A DNA stretch of 64,000 bases from the human T2T-CHM13v2.0 reference genome, Homo sapiens: the NCBI RefSeq assembly GCF_009914755.1, contig NC_060925.1; one strand, given 5' to 3'. Both the position numbers and the translations under genes were made by a program. The stretch's first letter is position 1. Each line of letters begins with the position of its first letter. This document shows, one piece after another, positions 27,475-43,107 of the stretch. The notes under the pieces were generated by a model. That model was not told the DNA's origin, did not search any database, and saw nothing but the letters and a program-made list of their open reading frames with translations.

Positions 27475-27570
27475 GCTTATAAGGAACAAATAAAAAGAGA
27501 GAGTGTCTTGACTGCTACAAGCATTTTAAATAATCCAATAGTGAAGGCGCGATATGAACGTTTTGTTAAG
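27475..27570 (+). CDS. ZNF326: ZNF326 exon 11 ([10 protein letters not shown]...RYERFVK)
   Basis: Acceptor ttttatag|, donor AAG|GTAAGA; 96 nt, phase 0-0. Confidence 0.95.
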
Positions 27571-29096
27571 GTAAGATTTTAGGGCAAAAACCTTTTCAAT
27601 AATATTGTAGTATTGCAATAATTAACTGGTGACATAGTAACCTTTTGTGATACTTGAATATAGTATAACATATTAAGAAGAATTTTACTCAGTATCTTGC
27701 ATATAGGTAAAACATCTTTTTTCCTAATTGTTGGGTTGGTCAAGATGGGAGCAGTGATTCCTCTCTTATCACCTTTGTAGCTCTGAATCAATGAGAAATA
27801 CACAAGCATTAGATAGAAAATCAAAATGTCAGCTTTATTCTTGATTTAAGAAAAAATTGACTTGGAGAATATATCTTAGCTATGTAGTTGCTGTGGACTT
27901 TTAATATTTCATTTCTGAATTAGGTAGACTTAGATCCTCCCAATTTCTGTTACCAGCCCAGATGGACAGCAACAGGCTTCTCCTAGTTTACCACATGGCA
28001 TAGAACAGACTAGGATGTACCTTTTCTGTCACTAGGAAGACCCAAAAGAGGGGACCCACAAGGGACTGTGTTGTGTCCACCTAGTTTTTTCTTCCAAGCA
28101 TACTAATTGCATAAATCATTCCTTTTCCCTGCATAAAAGTTGGAGGGTAGCAGGAAGGTCAGATGTTTCTCCAGAAGAAGGAATCTCATGGAATTTGGCG
28201 GGCGGGAGAAGAGAGGTTTGCTTCTAATATTATGAAACTCAGATGTGAACAATTGGATATATACTCTTTACTCCTCAGGGTTTTTGCCATATGTTATGGC
28301 TTGAATCCATCTTTACATAAAATTTATGATAAACACTTACTATACAAATAAGAGCTTACTGTGATTTGGGAATAAATTTTAGAGGTTAGTCTTTTGGTTT
28401 TGTTGTGTTTTTACTTCTCTTATAATACCCAGACTGGTCTGATAGAAGTTATTTTTCAGTCTTTACAAAATAATACCTACCTTAAAATCATTATTCTACA
28501 CTGAAGAGAGCTGTTGTGTTGAGGATTTACAACAGTGTGTTATTTACATTAGTAAGTATAGATTAAAGAAGTTTTGTTTATTTTGTCTATTGTGACTCTT
28601 AACAGCTACTCTGTGAAGAAAACCTGATACATATTTAGTGACCATTAAATTGTCCCTCTACCAGTCCTTTCCAAGCTAAATAATATTAGTTCTTGCAGCT
28701 CGTTCCTTAGGGGCCTATTTTCTAATTTGTTAATCTAATATTCGTTAATATTTGTCGCCATTTACTACATTCTTGACACTACTTTAAAAAAATGAATGCA
28801 GCCCTCAATTGAAATCCAATTTTATGAGAGGTATGGCATCAAAAAGAAGCATCATAGCTAAAGAAGGAAAAATTAGATTTTTATTCTTGCATTGTCACAA
28901 ACTTCTGAGAAAGTGGTTTCTATTGATGTATGAAGATAATTTTTAATGAGGGAAGAATGCAAAATTAGAATTTCTATATAGTGTTTTCAAGTTACACAAT
29001 CGAGTCACTTCATGGAATGAGAGATGTCACTGGTGGGAGTATCCTGCTCATGCACATGTTGTAGAGAACACACCTGAACTGAGAACTCCTCTAGAA

Positions 29097-29259
29097 CTTT
29101 GTTACTCAGAATGTGATCTGTGGATCAGCAGTATTGGCATCACTTGGGAGCTCATTAGAAATGCAGAATTTCAGGTCATACCCAGGCCTACTGAATAAGA
29201 ATCTTCATTTTAACAAGATTCCTGTTGATTTGTATGCATGTGAAAATTCAAGAAGCACT
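29097..29259. mobile_element. MER5A-like hAT element
   Basis: cagcagtattggcatcacttgggagctcattagaaatgcagaat...tttaacaagatt...gaagcactg. Confidence 0.75.
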
Positions 29260-29854
29260 GGGGTCACATTACTCAATGATGGCCCTTTATTCAGCATGCC
29301 TGTCTGCTGTGTTCCCTGTTGTCATTCCCCAGAACATCTTCTGCTCATGGTCAGCTCTGGTCATGGCTTAAAACTCCTCCACTGTCCCTCCACTGTCAAG
29401 TGCTCTCAGTCTGATAAAATGCCCTTTTAAATCTTTGTCCCTTAGAGACACGGCAGAGAAGACAAAAAAACAAAACAAAACAACTTTGTCCTCATTGAGA
29501 TAATCAGTACATCAATTTCTCTTAATTCTCCAACTGTATCATCTTGTTCTGCCTTCACTCCCTGCTCTGGGCATTGATAATCACCCCTTTCAGTAGGGAA
29601 TGTTGCCGCTCTCAAATTCCTTATTAGTTCTAGCTCTACGGTTAGCTTTAATGTTTGTCTTGCTAAAAAATGTGGAATTGTGCGTGCCAGTCCTGTGTTT
29701 CCCAGATTTTCACTCAATTCACAATAATTTTACTTATTAACTACCAGTGTAATGTGTTTCCTGTAGTGACTCTTCCAACCTTTAATAACCTCATGTCTCA
29801 GATTTCATTCTTGCTCTCTTTGCTTCCCATATTCTTTTTCTTATATATATATAT

Positions 29855-30005
29855 TTTAAGACAGAATCTTTTTGTGTTGCCCAGGCCAGAGTTCAGTGGT
29901 GCGATAATAGCTCACTGCAGCCTTGAACTCCTGGGTTTAAAGCCATTCTCCCACCTCGGCCTCTCTAGTAGCTGGGATTACAGGCACACACCACCACACT
30001 CAGCC
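29855..30005 (-). mobile_element. Partial AluJ/FRAM
   Basis: Right-arm sequence only. Confidence 0.8.
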
Positions 30006-30483
30006 ACTTCCCATATGCTTATTTCTTCTCCTGCATTAGGGAGATTGAGACCATTAGATGTAAATTCAGTAAGTGTTCTCATTTCTGCCTTAGATATATC
30101 TTTCCTTCACCTTTATTATTTGTGAGGAAAAATCTTCTTTGCCTTTCATCTTTGTTCTAATTCCATCATTATTTCTTCCCTTACTTGCATCTGATTTTTT
30201 TCCTGTTTTTTTTTTTTTTTTTCTAATCTTCCTCAAATAGACATGCTTATGAGTTCCCTAAACCAAAAATGACTTAACTTTTCCTAGACTTTGGCCCACC
30301 CTATTTTATCATCTTGTCTCTTCCCAGCATACTTGAAATGGTAGTTTACTTTGCACGTGCTCTTTGCTTCCTCTCTATTATTCACTCTTTAAACTAGTAG
30401 TTCTCAACCAGAGGAATGTGTTCAATCACCCGTGAGGCTAAGATAAACAAAAAGCTGCCTAAGCCCTTTTTTAGGCTTTCTGA

Positions 30484-30676
<193 letters not shown>

Positions 30677-31193
30677 GCCCGAAATGCTTCTTAAATATGC
30701 AAGTTACTGAGCGTCTCCCCTGGAAATTTTGATTCAGGCAGTCTGAGATTGATCCAGGAATTTGTGTTTTCAGCAAGAGTTCCAGTACAGACTAAATGAA
30801 AATCTCAGGGTGCTGGAATCAGGGCCTGTGGTTTTTGACAGCTTCATAGGAAATTTTAAAGATACATTCTTGGACAACTGCTGCTGTCTAACTGTCACAT
30901 CATACTTTTGAAACTGCTCTTCCTAAGATTACTAATGTTGTCATTATCAAATCTAGTGGTCTTTAAAAAATTATAACATATTAAATGTATGAAAATAAGG
31001 GGATAGTACAATAAATCCTCAAGAACCCCCATTCTGTATTGATGATTAACTCTAGTGACCTTTTTCAATTGCTTTCTGCTTTTTTATATGTATCATTTGA
31101 CACTGTTGATCTATCACTTATTCTTGAAACTCTCTTTTATCAGGTAGTCTTTTTACTGTCCTGGGTTTCCTCCTGCACCAAGTGTTCCTTCAC

Positions 31194-31470
31194 TTTTTTT
31201 TTTTTTTTCGAGACAGAGTCTCGCTGTGTCGCCCAGGCCATGCAGTGGCGCGATCTTGGCTCACTGCAGGCTCCACCTCCTGGGTTCACGCCATTCTCCT
31301 GTCTCAGTTTCCTGAGTAGCTGGGACTACAGGTGCCTGCTACCAGGCCTGGCTAATATTTTGTATGTTTAGTGGAGTCGGGGTTTCACCGTGTTAGCCAG
31401 GATGATCTCAATCTCCTGACCTTGTGATCCACCCGCCTCAGCCTTGCAGGTATGAGCCACCGCACCCAGC
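31194..31470 (-). mobile_element. AluY-like with small deletions
   Basis: ttcacgccattctcc diagnostic; TSD TGTTCCTTCACT. Confidence 0.88.
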
Positions 31471-32290
31471 TGTGTTCCTTCACTTCTAACTTCTGCTGCT
31501 CCCATGTATAGTGTAGGCATCTTCATAGGGTTTTTATTGCAGCCCTTTTTTCTACTTAATCCACCAGTCCCATCCCAGGGCCTTCCCATTTAAGACCCTG
31601 GCTTCACCAATGCACTCTCTGCAAGCAGGCAATTCGTAAATGTAAATATCTTATTCTGAACTCTTCTCTCTTTTGAGTTGCAAATTTATAGCTGCCTATT
31701 AGACATCTAGATATCTGAAGTTATAATTATATATATTAATAGCATATATACACTTCCTCCCCTTTTCCTTTCCGTTGGAATAGTGATTGTAATTTACCTG
31801 TTCTGTGAATAATGTCACCACATCTTTTACATTTCCCTGGTCTGGGATATTAGAGTAGCCTCCTCACTAGTATTCCTTCTTTTGGTTCTCTGCTTCATCC
31901 TACACATTCCTGTGTCATTCATCTTAAAGGGTAGTGCCAATCTTAATATTTTCCTGCTTAATAACCTTCACTGTTACTTCATTTCTTACTACATTAATAT
32001 AGCCTTCTGATATGGTCAAATTTATATGAGATTTGATCCAGATATATAATTGAAGTATTAAAATAAAATATTAAAGTTGTTCCTGTGAATGTTTACTGAG
32101 AGGTTTGTCTACTTTTTAAAAGTAGAAGTAAGGCATGGTATCTAGTAGATTAAGCGAGGTACCTGATTTTCATTTGAGTTTTAAAGAGATTCTGTAACAT
32201 TAATACTCATATAATTAAGCAAAATGTAAATCTTTGCATCATCCCTTTGTTTCTACCAAAAACCACACTTGTCTTTGTCATGTGTATATA

Positions 32291-32312
32291 TGTGTGTGTG
32301 TGTGTGTGTGTG
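32291..32312. repeat. (TG)n microsatellite
   Basis: About 11 TG units. Confidence 0.9.
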
Positions 32313-32578
32313 TATGATTATTTAGAAATACAGTTAAGGGGAAAATATGACCTTTAAGCATTTCAGTTATGGAGGATAAAGTAATGGCTTCAGTAAATTA
32401 TATGCTCACATTGGTATGGAATGGACAGTCAACAAATACTTAATGAATTTGTTATAATTTACAATGAAAAGTTTCAAAATGGCATTTATTTCTCATGATA
32501 TGGCAAGTAAAAATTTCACTTGCCAGATCATGTAATAATGAATGTGCTGATTTTGAAAGCCATTTCTTATGTTTTTAG

Positions 32579-32926
32579 GGTGAGAATCCTTTTGAAATTC
32601 AAGACCATTCTCAGGATCAGCAAATAGAAGGAGATGAGGAGGATGAAGAGAAGATTGATGAACCTATTGAAGAAGAGGAGGATGAAGATGAGGAAGAAGA
32701 AGCAGAGGAAGTGGGGGAAGTAGAGGAAGTGGAAGAAGTAGAGGAAGTGAGAGAAGGAGGAATAGAGGGCGAGGGAAATATACAGGGAGTAGGGGAAGGA
32801 GGGGAAGTAGGGGTAGTGGGAGAAGTAGAGGGAGTGGGGGAAGTAGAGGAAGTAGAGGAATTAGAGGAAGAGACAGCAAAGGAAGAACCTGCTGACTTCC
32901 CTGTTGAGCAACCTGAAGAAAATTAA
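32579..32926 (+). CDS. ZNF326: ZNF326 exon 12 coding part (Glu-rich acidic tail), stop TAA
   Basis: Acceptor tttttag|GGT; in frame with ORF 32711..32926; ends VEQPEEN-TAA. Confidence 0.96.
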   Translation, partial: GENPFEIQDHSQDQQIEGDEEDEEKIDEPIEEEEDEDEEEEAEEVGEVEEVEEVEEVREGGIEGEGNIQGVGEGGEVGVVGEVEGVGEVEEVEELEEETAKEEPADFPVEQPEEN

Positions 32927-33040
32927 ATATAAGGTATTAGATTTAAAAGGAGCTTTACATTTCGGTTCTAATGTAAAAAAGGGTAAGAAATTTAATAGCT
33001 TAAAATATGAATTAACACCCATGTTGCATGCATTCCACAT

Positions 33041-33517
33041 ATTAAAATTTGTTTTATATAATTTCTAAATGTTTAACATTTGTTTAATAAAATGAAGGCA
33101 AAACTATTTTAGTTTAGTTTTTATAGCTACCAGACTTAGATCCGATAAATTGTTTGTATAATTTTTAAGCTTAATTTTTATTACTTTATTGGTGTTAAGG
33201 ATAACAAATGTGTATTGTTAGTATATCTATTCTAATCATTTTATCTTAAATGCTGCTCTTGGGAGTGAATATTCAAGTGTGCATCAATTTTTTGAATACT
33301 TACCCTGGAAGATATAAACTGGGCAAGTATTTTGTGCTCTGTGTATTTTTTTACTGCATTAGACATTGAATAGTAATTTGCGTTAAGATACGCTTAAAGG
33401 CTCTTTGTGACCATGTTTCCCTTTGTAGCAATAAAATGTTTTTTACGAAAACTTTCTCCCTGGATTAGCAGTTTAAATGAAACAGAGTTCATCAATGAAA
33501 TGAGTATTTAAAATAAA
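33041..33517 (+). terminator. Cluster of candidate polyadenylation signals in the proximal ZNF326 3' UTR
   Basis: ATTAAA 33041, AATAAA 33086, 33430 and 33512 in AU-rich, repeat-free UTR. Which are used cannot be told from sequence. Confidence 0.6.
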
Positions 33518-34045
33518 AATTTGCCTTAATGTATCAGTTCAGCTCACAAGTATTTTAAGATGATTGAGAAGACTTGAATTAAAGAAAAAAAAATTCTCAA
33601 TCATATTTTTAAAATATAAGACTAAAATTGTTTTTAAAACACATTTCAAATAGAAGTGAGTTTGAACTGACCTTATTTATACTCTTTTTAAGTTTGTTCC
33701 TTTTCCCTGTGCCTGTGTCAAATCTTCAAGTCTTGCTGAAAATACATTTGATACAAAGTTTTCTGTAGTTGTGTTAGTTCTTTTGTCATGTCTGTTTTTG
33801 GCTGAAGAACCAAGAAGCAGACTTTTCTTTTAAAAGAATTATTTCTCTTTCAAATATTTCTATCCTTTTTAAAAAATTCCTTTTTATGGCTTATATACCT
33901 ACATATTTAAAAAGAGAACATGAGCTTGATAGAGGATCTATTCTTAAATAATTTATTTTCAAACAACCGTCTATGTCACTAAAAAGTAGTGCTCTTATTT
34001 TTTTCAATCTTTACTGTGGCCTCTTTTGAGAGTAGGGTCCGTAGT

Positions 34046-34327
34046 TTTTTTTTTTTTTCTTTTTTGGGACAGGGTTTCACTCTGTCACCCAGGCTGGAGT
34101 GCAGTGTAGCCTCAACCTCCTGGGCTCAAGCGATCCTCCAACTTAGCCTCCCAAGTAGCTGGGACTGTTAAGTGTGAGCCACCATGCCCAGCTAATTTTT
34201 GTAGTTTTTGTAGAGACAGGGTTTTACCATGTTGTCCAGGCTGGTTTTGAACTCCTGGGCTCAAGTGACCTGTCTGTCTTGGCCTCCCACAGTGCTGGGA
34301 TTGCAGGTGTGAGCCACCATGCCTGGC
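34046..34327 (-). mobile_element. AluJ
   Basis: ctcctgggctcaagcgatcc J-type motifs. Confidence 0.88.
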
Positions 34328-35894
34328 ATAGGGGGCTGTATTTCAGTGAAATTAGAAAAGTTTTGAGGCATCGAATGGATAAATGGATGGATATATCAAA
34401 TTGTAAGGTATTAAGTGGGTGAATGTATGGACATTTGTAGAATCCCACAGATAATTTATCTTTTTGTGTAAAATAAGGCTTTTAAAACTAGACTTTCTGA
34501 ACCAATACAGTTTTTTTTTTTTGAGGTGAACTAGGTTTGCCTAGCTTTAAGCTAGCAATATCTGATAGATACTTGCATCTAATTTTAGGGATTTGGTGCC
34601 AAATAAGAGAAGGGTAGTTGAAGACTAGATAAATTTGGATACTATCTAGGAGTCTGTATTTACTTAGCAGGCTTTTGAAAGCCGTTTTGCTTAGGAGTTC
34701 AAATTTTAAGGATAATAGGACTTGTTACCCTCTTATTTCTCCTTTATTTTTAAAAATATTTGTGGAAGGGCTAAGGTAAAAGAATAATAAATTCCTCTAG
34801 GTTATTAGTATTTGGTTCTTCTGATACTAAGCTGAGTGATTTTTTTTAAAACAATGTCTCTGGTAGTCTGATTGAGATATGAAACTTTTGGGAAGAAAAC
34901 CATTATGTAACAAGAATCCTATGTAACAACTGGGTAAATGTTTTAGAATGAGAGATAGGAAAGAACATCTAAATAGTACTTTTTTGTGGGACGCATGAGC
35001 CTTTATACAGCCTAGCTAATTTGCAAGGTAATGATAAATAAAAGTGTATTTTGTTACTGTGCTTAATTCAGAAATTCAAATTCATGTATTTCCTATTGGA
35101 TAATTTGTAGGCGGGCAGTTTACTTTATAGTCAGGTTAGTTTTTGTGATCCTTAGTGTTTATATTTGCATTGCTTTTGTAATAAGGATGTATATAAGATC
35201 TTAAACGCCTTTCAACTTCTGTTTTCAAGTATCACTTGTTTTCTCTATTACAAAGTGAGATACATAGTTCTAAATAACCAAAGAAATTTATTTATAACCT
35301 ACACAGTTGTTTCAGCTCCATGCCTAGGGACTATCCTGTATTATTCGCTTTTTATCACTTTCTACCTACAGTCTACCAAAAAGTCTGTCTGTTCTACTTC
35401 CAAAATTTATCTGCCGACTCTTCTACCTCCACTGCAACCAACCCAGTTCAAGTCATGATAATTTCTTGTTAACTAATCTTGATTCCACCCTTACCATGAT
35501 AGATTCAGTTTTCTACACAAGTATAAGCTTTTAAAAATGTAATTCAGATGATGTTAATCTCATGCTTTTTTTTTTTTTGTACCTATACAGTTAGAACTCC
35601 TTATCATGTTGATCAGACTGGCCTAGCTTTACAACTTTATATCATATACCATTCTTACCAGCCATAATGGCCTTTTGTTACTTTTTTGATGAGTTCTTTC
35701 CTACAAAGACCTTTGCATTTTCTTATTCTATAGCCTATACCCATCAGCTTTCCTTGGCTGATTCTTCATCCTTCAGGTCACCTTAAATGTTAGAAAAGGG
35801 GAGTAGTTCTAAAATGTTTGTAGAAACGAGGATTTGGGGGTACCAACCTAGATTTTACTAGAGCATATTCTTTGGAGGTGTTCTTTTTTTCTAC

Positions 35895-36186
<292 letters not shown>

Positions 36187-36784
36187 TGGAGGTGATATAT
36201 TTTTAACAAATATCTCACATGATTTTGAAGGTAGTGGTCAGTGATTGCACTTTGAGGACATTCATAGGGCCCTCATACAAATTTCTGGTGCCTGTAACTC
36301 TTCCCCTATCAAGGCAGGAGTTTCCGCCCTTTTGAATATAAACATAGGTTTGGGGGATTCTTCATAATACTTTCTGAAAGCACTGGAATCTATAACAGAC
36401 CTGTGGGAGTCAGAAAATGGGGACTTTTCCCCCCTCATTTAATACTTACAACTATATTGGTAAGTTAGTAGGAGTAGTAATTTTCCCATATAATAAGCCC
36501 ACTCTTGTACATGTAGAAACAGAGAAAAGAACTACAAAGGTAAATGTTAGTGCATGTTGAAATGTATTTAAGAACTCTGTTTTTGTTGGCAAGATTGTTC
36601 TTATTGTAGAAGTGGATATTATCAGATTATTTTAGATGTTATTCAACATTTGATTTATTTACCAAATTGTCCTTACTTTGAATATAAGCAAACTTTTTTA
36701 TTGTGGTAAAGTATACATAGCATAAAATTACCATTCTAATCATTTTTTAATGTACCATTTAGTGGCATTAATTACAAGCAACCT

Positions 36785-37083
36785 TTTTTTTTTTTTTTTG
36801 AGACATAGCCTCACTCTGTCACCCAGGCTGGAGTTCAGTGGCACTATCTCAGCTCACTGCAATCTCTGCTTCCTGGGTTCAAGCGATTCTTGTGCCTCAG
36901 CCCTCCCGAGTAACTGGGATTACAGGCACACACCACCATGCCCAGCTAATTTTTTTGTATTTTTAATAGAGATGGGGTTTCATTATATTGGTTAGGTTGG
37001 TCTTGAACTCCTGACCTCAAGTGATCTGCCTGCCTTGGCCTCCCAAAGTGCTGGGATTATAGGCATGAGCCACCGCGTCTGGC
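36785..37083 (-). mobile_element. AluS
   Basis: Full dimer. Confidence 0.9.
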
Positions 37084-40000
37084 ATACAAACTTTTGATTA
37101 CAGTTTGACACCTGTTGATGGACAGAAAATGGAGTAACCGTCCAGGCAGGAATGTTCTAGTCTGTGTGACAGTTACAGTTCATTTTATAAATAAACAATT
37201 GACTTTTTTTGGTAGTTATGGTCCCTACCCTCAGTGCTGTATCTCTATTTGGTATTCAAACAAATCCAGGGAATCTGCAAGGCTGAAGGGCAGATTCTTG
37301 GCAATGGTAAATTCAGTAGGTCCTGCCACCATTTGAGGCCTCCTCGGAGACAGCCATACTAGTCTAATCTCTTCTTGACTTTCCCTTCTTCTTTCCCAGT
37401 CCTCTAATTCCCAGAGGTCTGTTGTGAATTCTAATGCTTTCAGAAAATATTACGGAGAATCCCACAATGATAAAATTTCCCAGTTTTTGTTTTAAAACAA
37501 AGTTGAAAAATATTATATTAGGGGTCAGGGTGAGGTGCTGTTGATGGTGACAGATGGCCCCCTTGGCGACAGGGAAGTATGAAATAGCATGGAGTGTGGA
37601 AGGGTACTATGGGTAGCTTATTTATTAGATCAGTATAAAGTATAGATTTAAGAGAGTTAGATTAAAATGGCATGCTTGATTCAAGTCATTAAATTCTAAA
37701 GTTCTATTAAAATTGTAGAGGAGATACAATAATACAAATTTCAGCAATAAGGATAGATTTATAATCACACTAGGAAGACAAGAAGGGTGCTGTGAAATAT
37801 TTCTAGAAGATACAAAACAAGGAATTAGATCTTGGTGAAACCAAGAGAGCCAAGGAACTGACAGCCACATGCCGATGATAATTAAAGAATTACCTCCAGT
37901 TGTAGAGACAGCTCTGAGATGGGGTGTCTGTAGTGTGCTAAGCCAGATTTTTGAAGGACTAGATAGTTATTCTGGTCTCTGACTCAGAGCTGCTGGTCCA
38001 CAGAATTCCTCTAAGCTAAAGCTGTAACACAATTTGATGTTTGCCAAATAAGGTGAGACTCACAGAGTATATGTGCAGAGCATATAATGCAGAGCATACA
38101 AATAGGGGCCATCGAAGTGTGGCAATGCCCTAGGTATATTGTGATTACCACAAGGAGCTTTATTCCTCATACTTAGAAAACAAGCACACAAAGAAAAATC
38201 TGCCAGCTGTCTATTTCCCAATTTTCCTTCTGACTGTTCCTTTCTCCTTCCTCACACAATTAAAATGCTAGGTTTCCTGTAATCGCAATCTTCAGGGAAT
38301 TTTTCACTCAAGCCCAGAAAATAAACTCCAGATAATGATACTGAGAAATTTATTGGTTGGAAAACTGCTATCTACAGGCCTTCCACTACCTATTTCTTAG
38401 TAGATTTTACATTTTTAAAGGGTTGTAGAACACCAAAACAATATATGACAGATACTGTGTTTGGGCCTTAAAGCCTACCCTTTATATAAAAAGTTTGTTG
38501 ACTCCTAGGCTCTCATTTGCAAGTAGACAAATGAGAAACAGCAAATATTTAAGGAAAAGAGCAACATGAAAAATACACAGCAAACTTAACAAGCAGAAAG
38601 AATTCCTGGGGAAACAATTCAGGGGGAAAAAATGACCAAGTATAATTAGTATTATATGGAATAATAATTACTACTACTTATAATAGTTTCATATGTAATC
38701 CTCATCATATTATATGTCATAATCTTCAAATATTTTAGAGGTTATTGTACTAATTTTAAAAATGCAAGTTGCTATAAAGAAGTATCTTGGAAATAAACAG
38801 TTGTGAAAATAAACTCTGTTTTAGGCTGATTAGTTGAATAAACATGGCTGAGAATCAAATTACTGAGCTAGAATTTTGAGCTGAAGATACTTCCAGAGCT
38901 TACAAGAAAAGATAAAAAAGATGGAAGTTACAGTAAAAGACATAGATGTATCTCTTAAAGACATAGAAAACCCAGAACACCATCTGTTTAAAAATTAAAC
39001 TTCATGAGATTAAGAGCCATATGTATAGAGAATTCACCATTGAATACCCTGCATATATCACAGTGCCAGGTAAATACTATGCAATAAATATTTTTGAATG
39101 TATGTATGTATGTTACAGTATAAATATATAGAGGAGTTCCAGAAAGTGAAAAAAGAAGTGAAGAATAGGAAAAAAAAAAAAATCTTCTGATGAAAGATTC
39201 ATATTAGAAGTCTCCAGTGCTGAGCAAAAACAATGAAAAAGTCATGCAGGATGAATACTGACAAAATATGTGTAATCCCAAGCTTAGAAAAATCTCAAAA
39301 TGTCTAAAGAGAAACAGTGTACCTATAAGGGGAAAAGAATCACATTGGTCTCAGACTTGTCATCTGTTCGTTGGAGTGCTACAACATACTGCTATTTTTG
39401 AAGTTCTGAGGGAGAACTGTTTTGAATTTAGACTTCTATCTTGAGTGAAACTGTCAAGAGTAAGGGCACAGCAAGGACATTCTACCAATTTTAGAACATG
39501 CAAGGATTTCAGAAATTAACTCATAAAACACAACCTGCACGGCATGGTATCAAATTATGTAAAGAAAAACTTGGTAAACAAGAAATTGTCAAATTTATAA
39601 TCATAGCTACGTATTTGAACACAGCGCTTAGAAATTGTCAGATAAAGAGTTCAAAATAGAGGAAACATTTTGAATTATATAGTGCACAAATTTTAATAGC
39701 TATAGAATATTTGTTTTCAAATGCCATGAAAAAATGACCATGAAGCAAAAACCACAATATTTTTTTGTTTGTTGATAGGTAGGAATTCAGGGTCCATCCT
39801 GTCATCACAATGCAATGAAACAAAAAATTAGCAAGTGGATAGCAATAAATCAATTTTTAAAAATCAGACAAAAGAAAACACTGTCCTTGTAATGCTTGCA
39901 TTTAAAAGGAAATAAAAACTTATGAAAGAGAATCTTTATTTTATTTAAGCAGTTCTAGATTATACAAAATGTTGAAACATCTCAATTTGGTCTCTGAGGC

Positions 40001-40829
40001 TAGCATAATCCTTATTCCAGAAAATTGTTCATCAAAGATAGCTATAGACCAGTCTCACTTACGAACAAATGTAATTTGTTGAAACTGGTCATGTTGAAAA
40101 AACATGACCAATTAAATATCCCAAAATAATGTGTCATGGTAGAGTAGGGTTTATCTGAAAACTGCAACATGACGATTATGTAACTCAATCCTTTAGGAAA
40201 TTTATTACTTTAACTTAAAAAAAAATACCATAAGCTTGATAGATGCTCGAAAAACATTTCCTAAGATTGAACACATTCCAGATTTAAATTTTTCAGGCTG
40301 AGAATAGAATAAAGCCTTTGTAACTTGGCTAAGGACTAGGAAGGTCTTCCAGAAAGCTTCATCAAACATCTGCATTCAAGTCAGGATTAAGACAATAATG
40401 ACTGTTGCCTATGCAACAATCATTTAACCCTAAGAAATAGAAGTATTAGGAAGAGAAAACATAGTCCTTATTTTGAGCAGTGTGATTGTAGAGACAAACA
40501 TCCAAGAGAAACAGTTGAAAAACTATTAGAAATGACAAAAGGTAGTTTTGTTTAATAGTTCACCATGAAAATCTGTACTATATAGAAAATCTGTATATAG
40601 AATATAGCATTGGCCAATTGGAAATGTAATTTGAAAATCCCATTTGCAGCAAAACTTGGAACTGTATACTGTCTAAGAATAAACAATGGGAAAAATGCAA
40701 AATCCTTATGAGGAAAATGATACATTTTAATGGAGGAAATAAAATGCCTGAATAAACACTGTGTTCCTGTCTGAAAAATATTGTCTGTATGCCAGTTATC
40801 TTCAGATAATTCATAAATTACCATTCCAA

Positions 40830-41550
<721 letters not shown>

Positions 41551-41779
41551 GTGTATTACTAGAAGTATATACCACTTAAGTTTATTCAGAAACTCATATG
41601 CAAAGTAAATAACCAAGAAATTTGTTTTACATGAGGAATATTTGACTTACATTTCTTACTACGAACATACAACAAAACTACAATAAGTATATCAAAGATA
41701 AATACATCGGTGAAACATTAAAGAAACAAACTCAAGTAATATGTAGATACATAGTTATATGTTAAAATCATGGGTAAAA

Positions 41780-42108
<329 letters not shown>

Positions 42109-42622
42109 CTATGAATGATTAAAAAAAGAAAAACAAAAACAAAAAACACAACTACCCAAGTACGAAAACAAAATGTAGGAAAAATCTTTTCTAATTTCAG
42201 AGTGGAGGTCTTTCTAAGCGAGATATAAACCCCAGAAGCCATAAGGAAAAGGTTTGACAAATTTGGTACATGAAGAAAAAAACCGAAGGGTGAAAGATAC
42301 CACTAACAAAGTTGAAAGAAGAGTGATGGGGTGGGGGGAATATTTGCAATACGTATAAGAGTCAAAAGAGTAAATTAAGTCAACAGCTCCAATTTATCAA
42401 CCATTACCTTGGTAAATATGAAAAGAATTATAATAGTCATTGTTGGTGAGGAAAACAAAAGCCCTTTCCAAGATGATCCATGGCTGTATAAGTTGGAGGA
42501 CAATTTGGAAGTATCTAGTAAAATTGAAAGTGTACATACCCCTTAATCTAGCAATCCCACCTGTAAATAGCTATGTATTTGCCAGAAATCACAAATGTCT
42601 GAAATACACACGAATGAAAAGA

Positions 42623-43107
42623 TACTTATTTCATAAAATGTAAAATGCATTAAGGCTAATGCTTTTTTTTATTCCTGTAGGAAAACGTCAAAAACAAAGA
42701 GTTTACAAAACAAATACCACCTGGATGACAGTGATGGTAACAAGCCATCAGTTGTAAGATGCATCCAAACACCAAAAATGATAAAATTTGTATTTATCTT
42801 TGATATACTTATTGTAGTTTTGTTGTATGTTTGTAGTAAGAAATGTAAGTCAAATGTTCCTCATGTAAAACAAATTTCTTGGTTATTTACTTTGCATATG
42901 AGTTTCTGAATAAATTTAAGTGGTATATACTTCTAGTAATACACTAATATACGCTAACATCCATTCTCCCCTTTTTCTCTAATAGAAGCCCTGCTTTTTT
43001 GCCTAGGAACATGGCCATATAGAATAAACACAATTCCCATCCTGGAAGCTAGTTGTATTCATGTGGCTGCTTTAAGTTTTTTTCGTTTAAGAATTGATGA
43101 AACAGGA
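42623..43107. mobile_element. MER104-like (TcMar-Tc2) element split by the 288-bp insertion
   Basis: Ends tacttatttcataaaatgtaaaatgca / taagaattgatgaaacagg and internal gccatcagttgtaagatgcatcc resemble Tc2-type TIR and subterminal motifs. Confidence 0.55.
42789..43076 (-). repeat. 288-bp inverted repeat, right arm (probable inserted copy)
   Basis: Reverse complement of 41419-41706. Confidence 0.95.

Noticed and set aside
32664-32879. Leu/Pro-rich antisense ORF
   Set aside because: Mirror of the purine-rich Glu-coding strand; no independent evidence.
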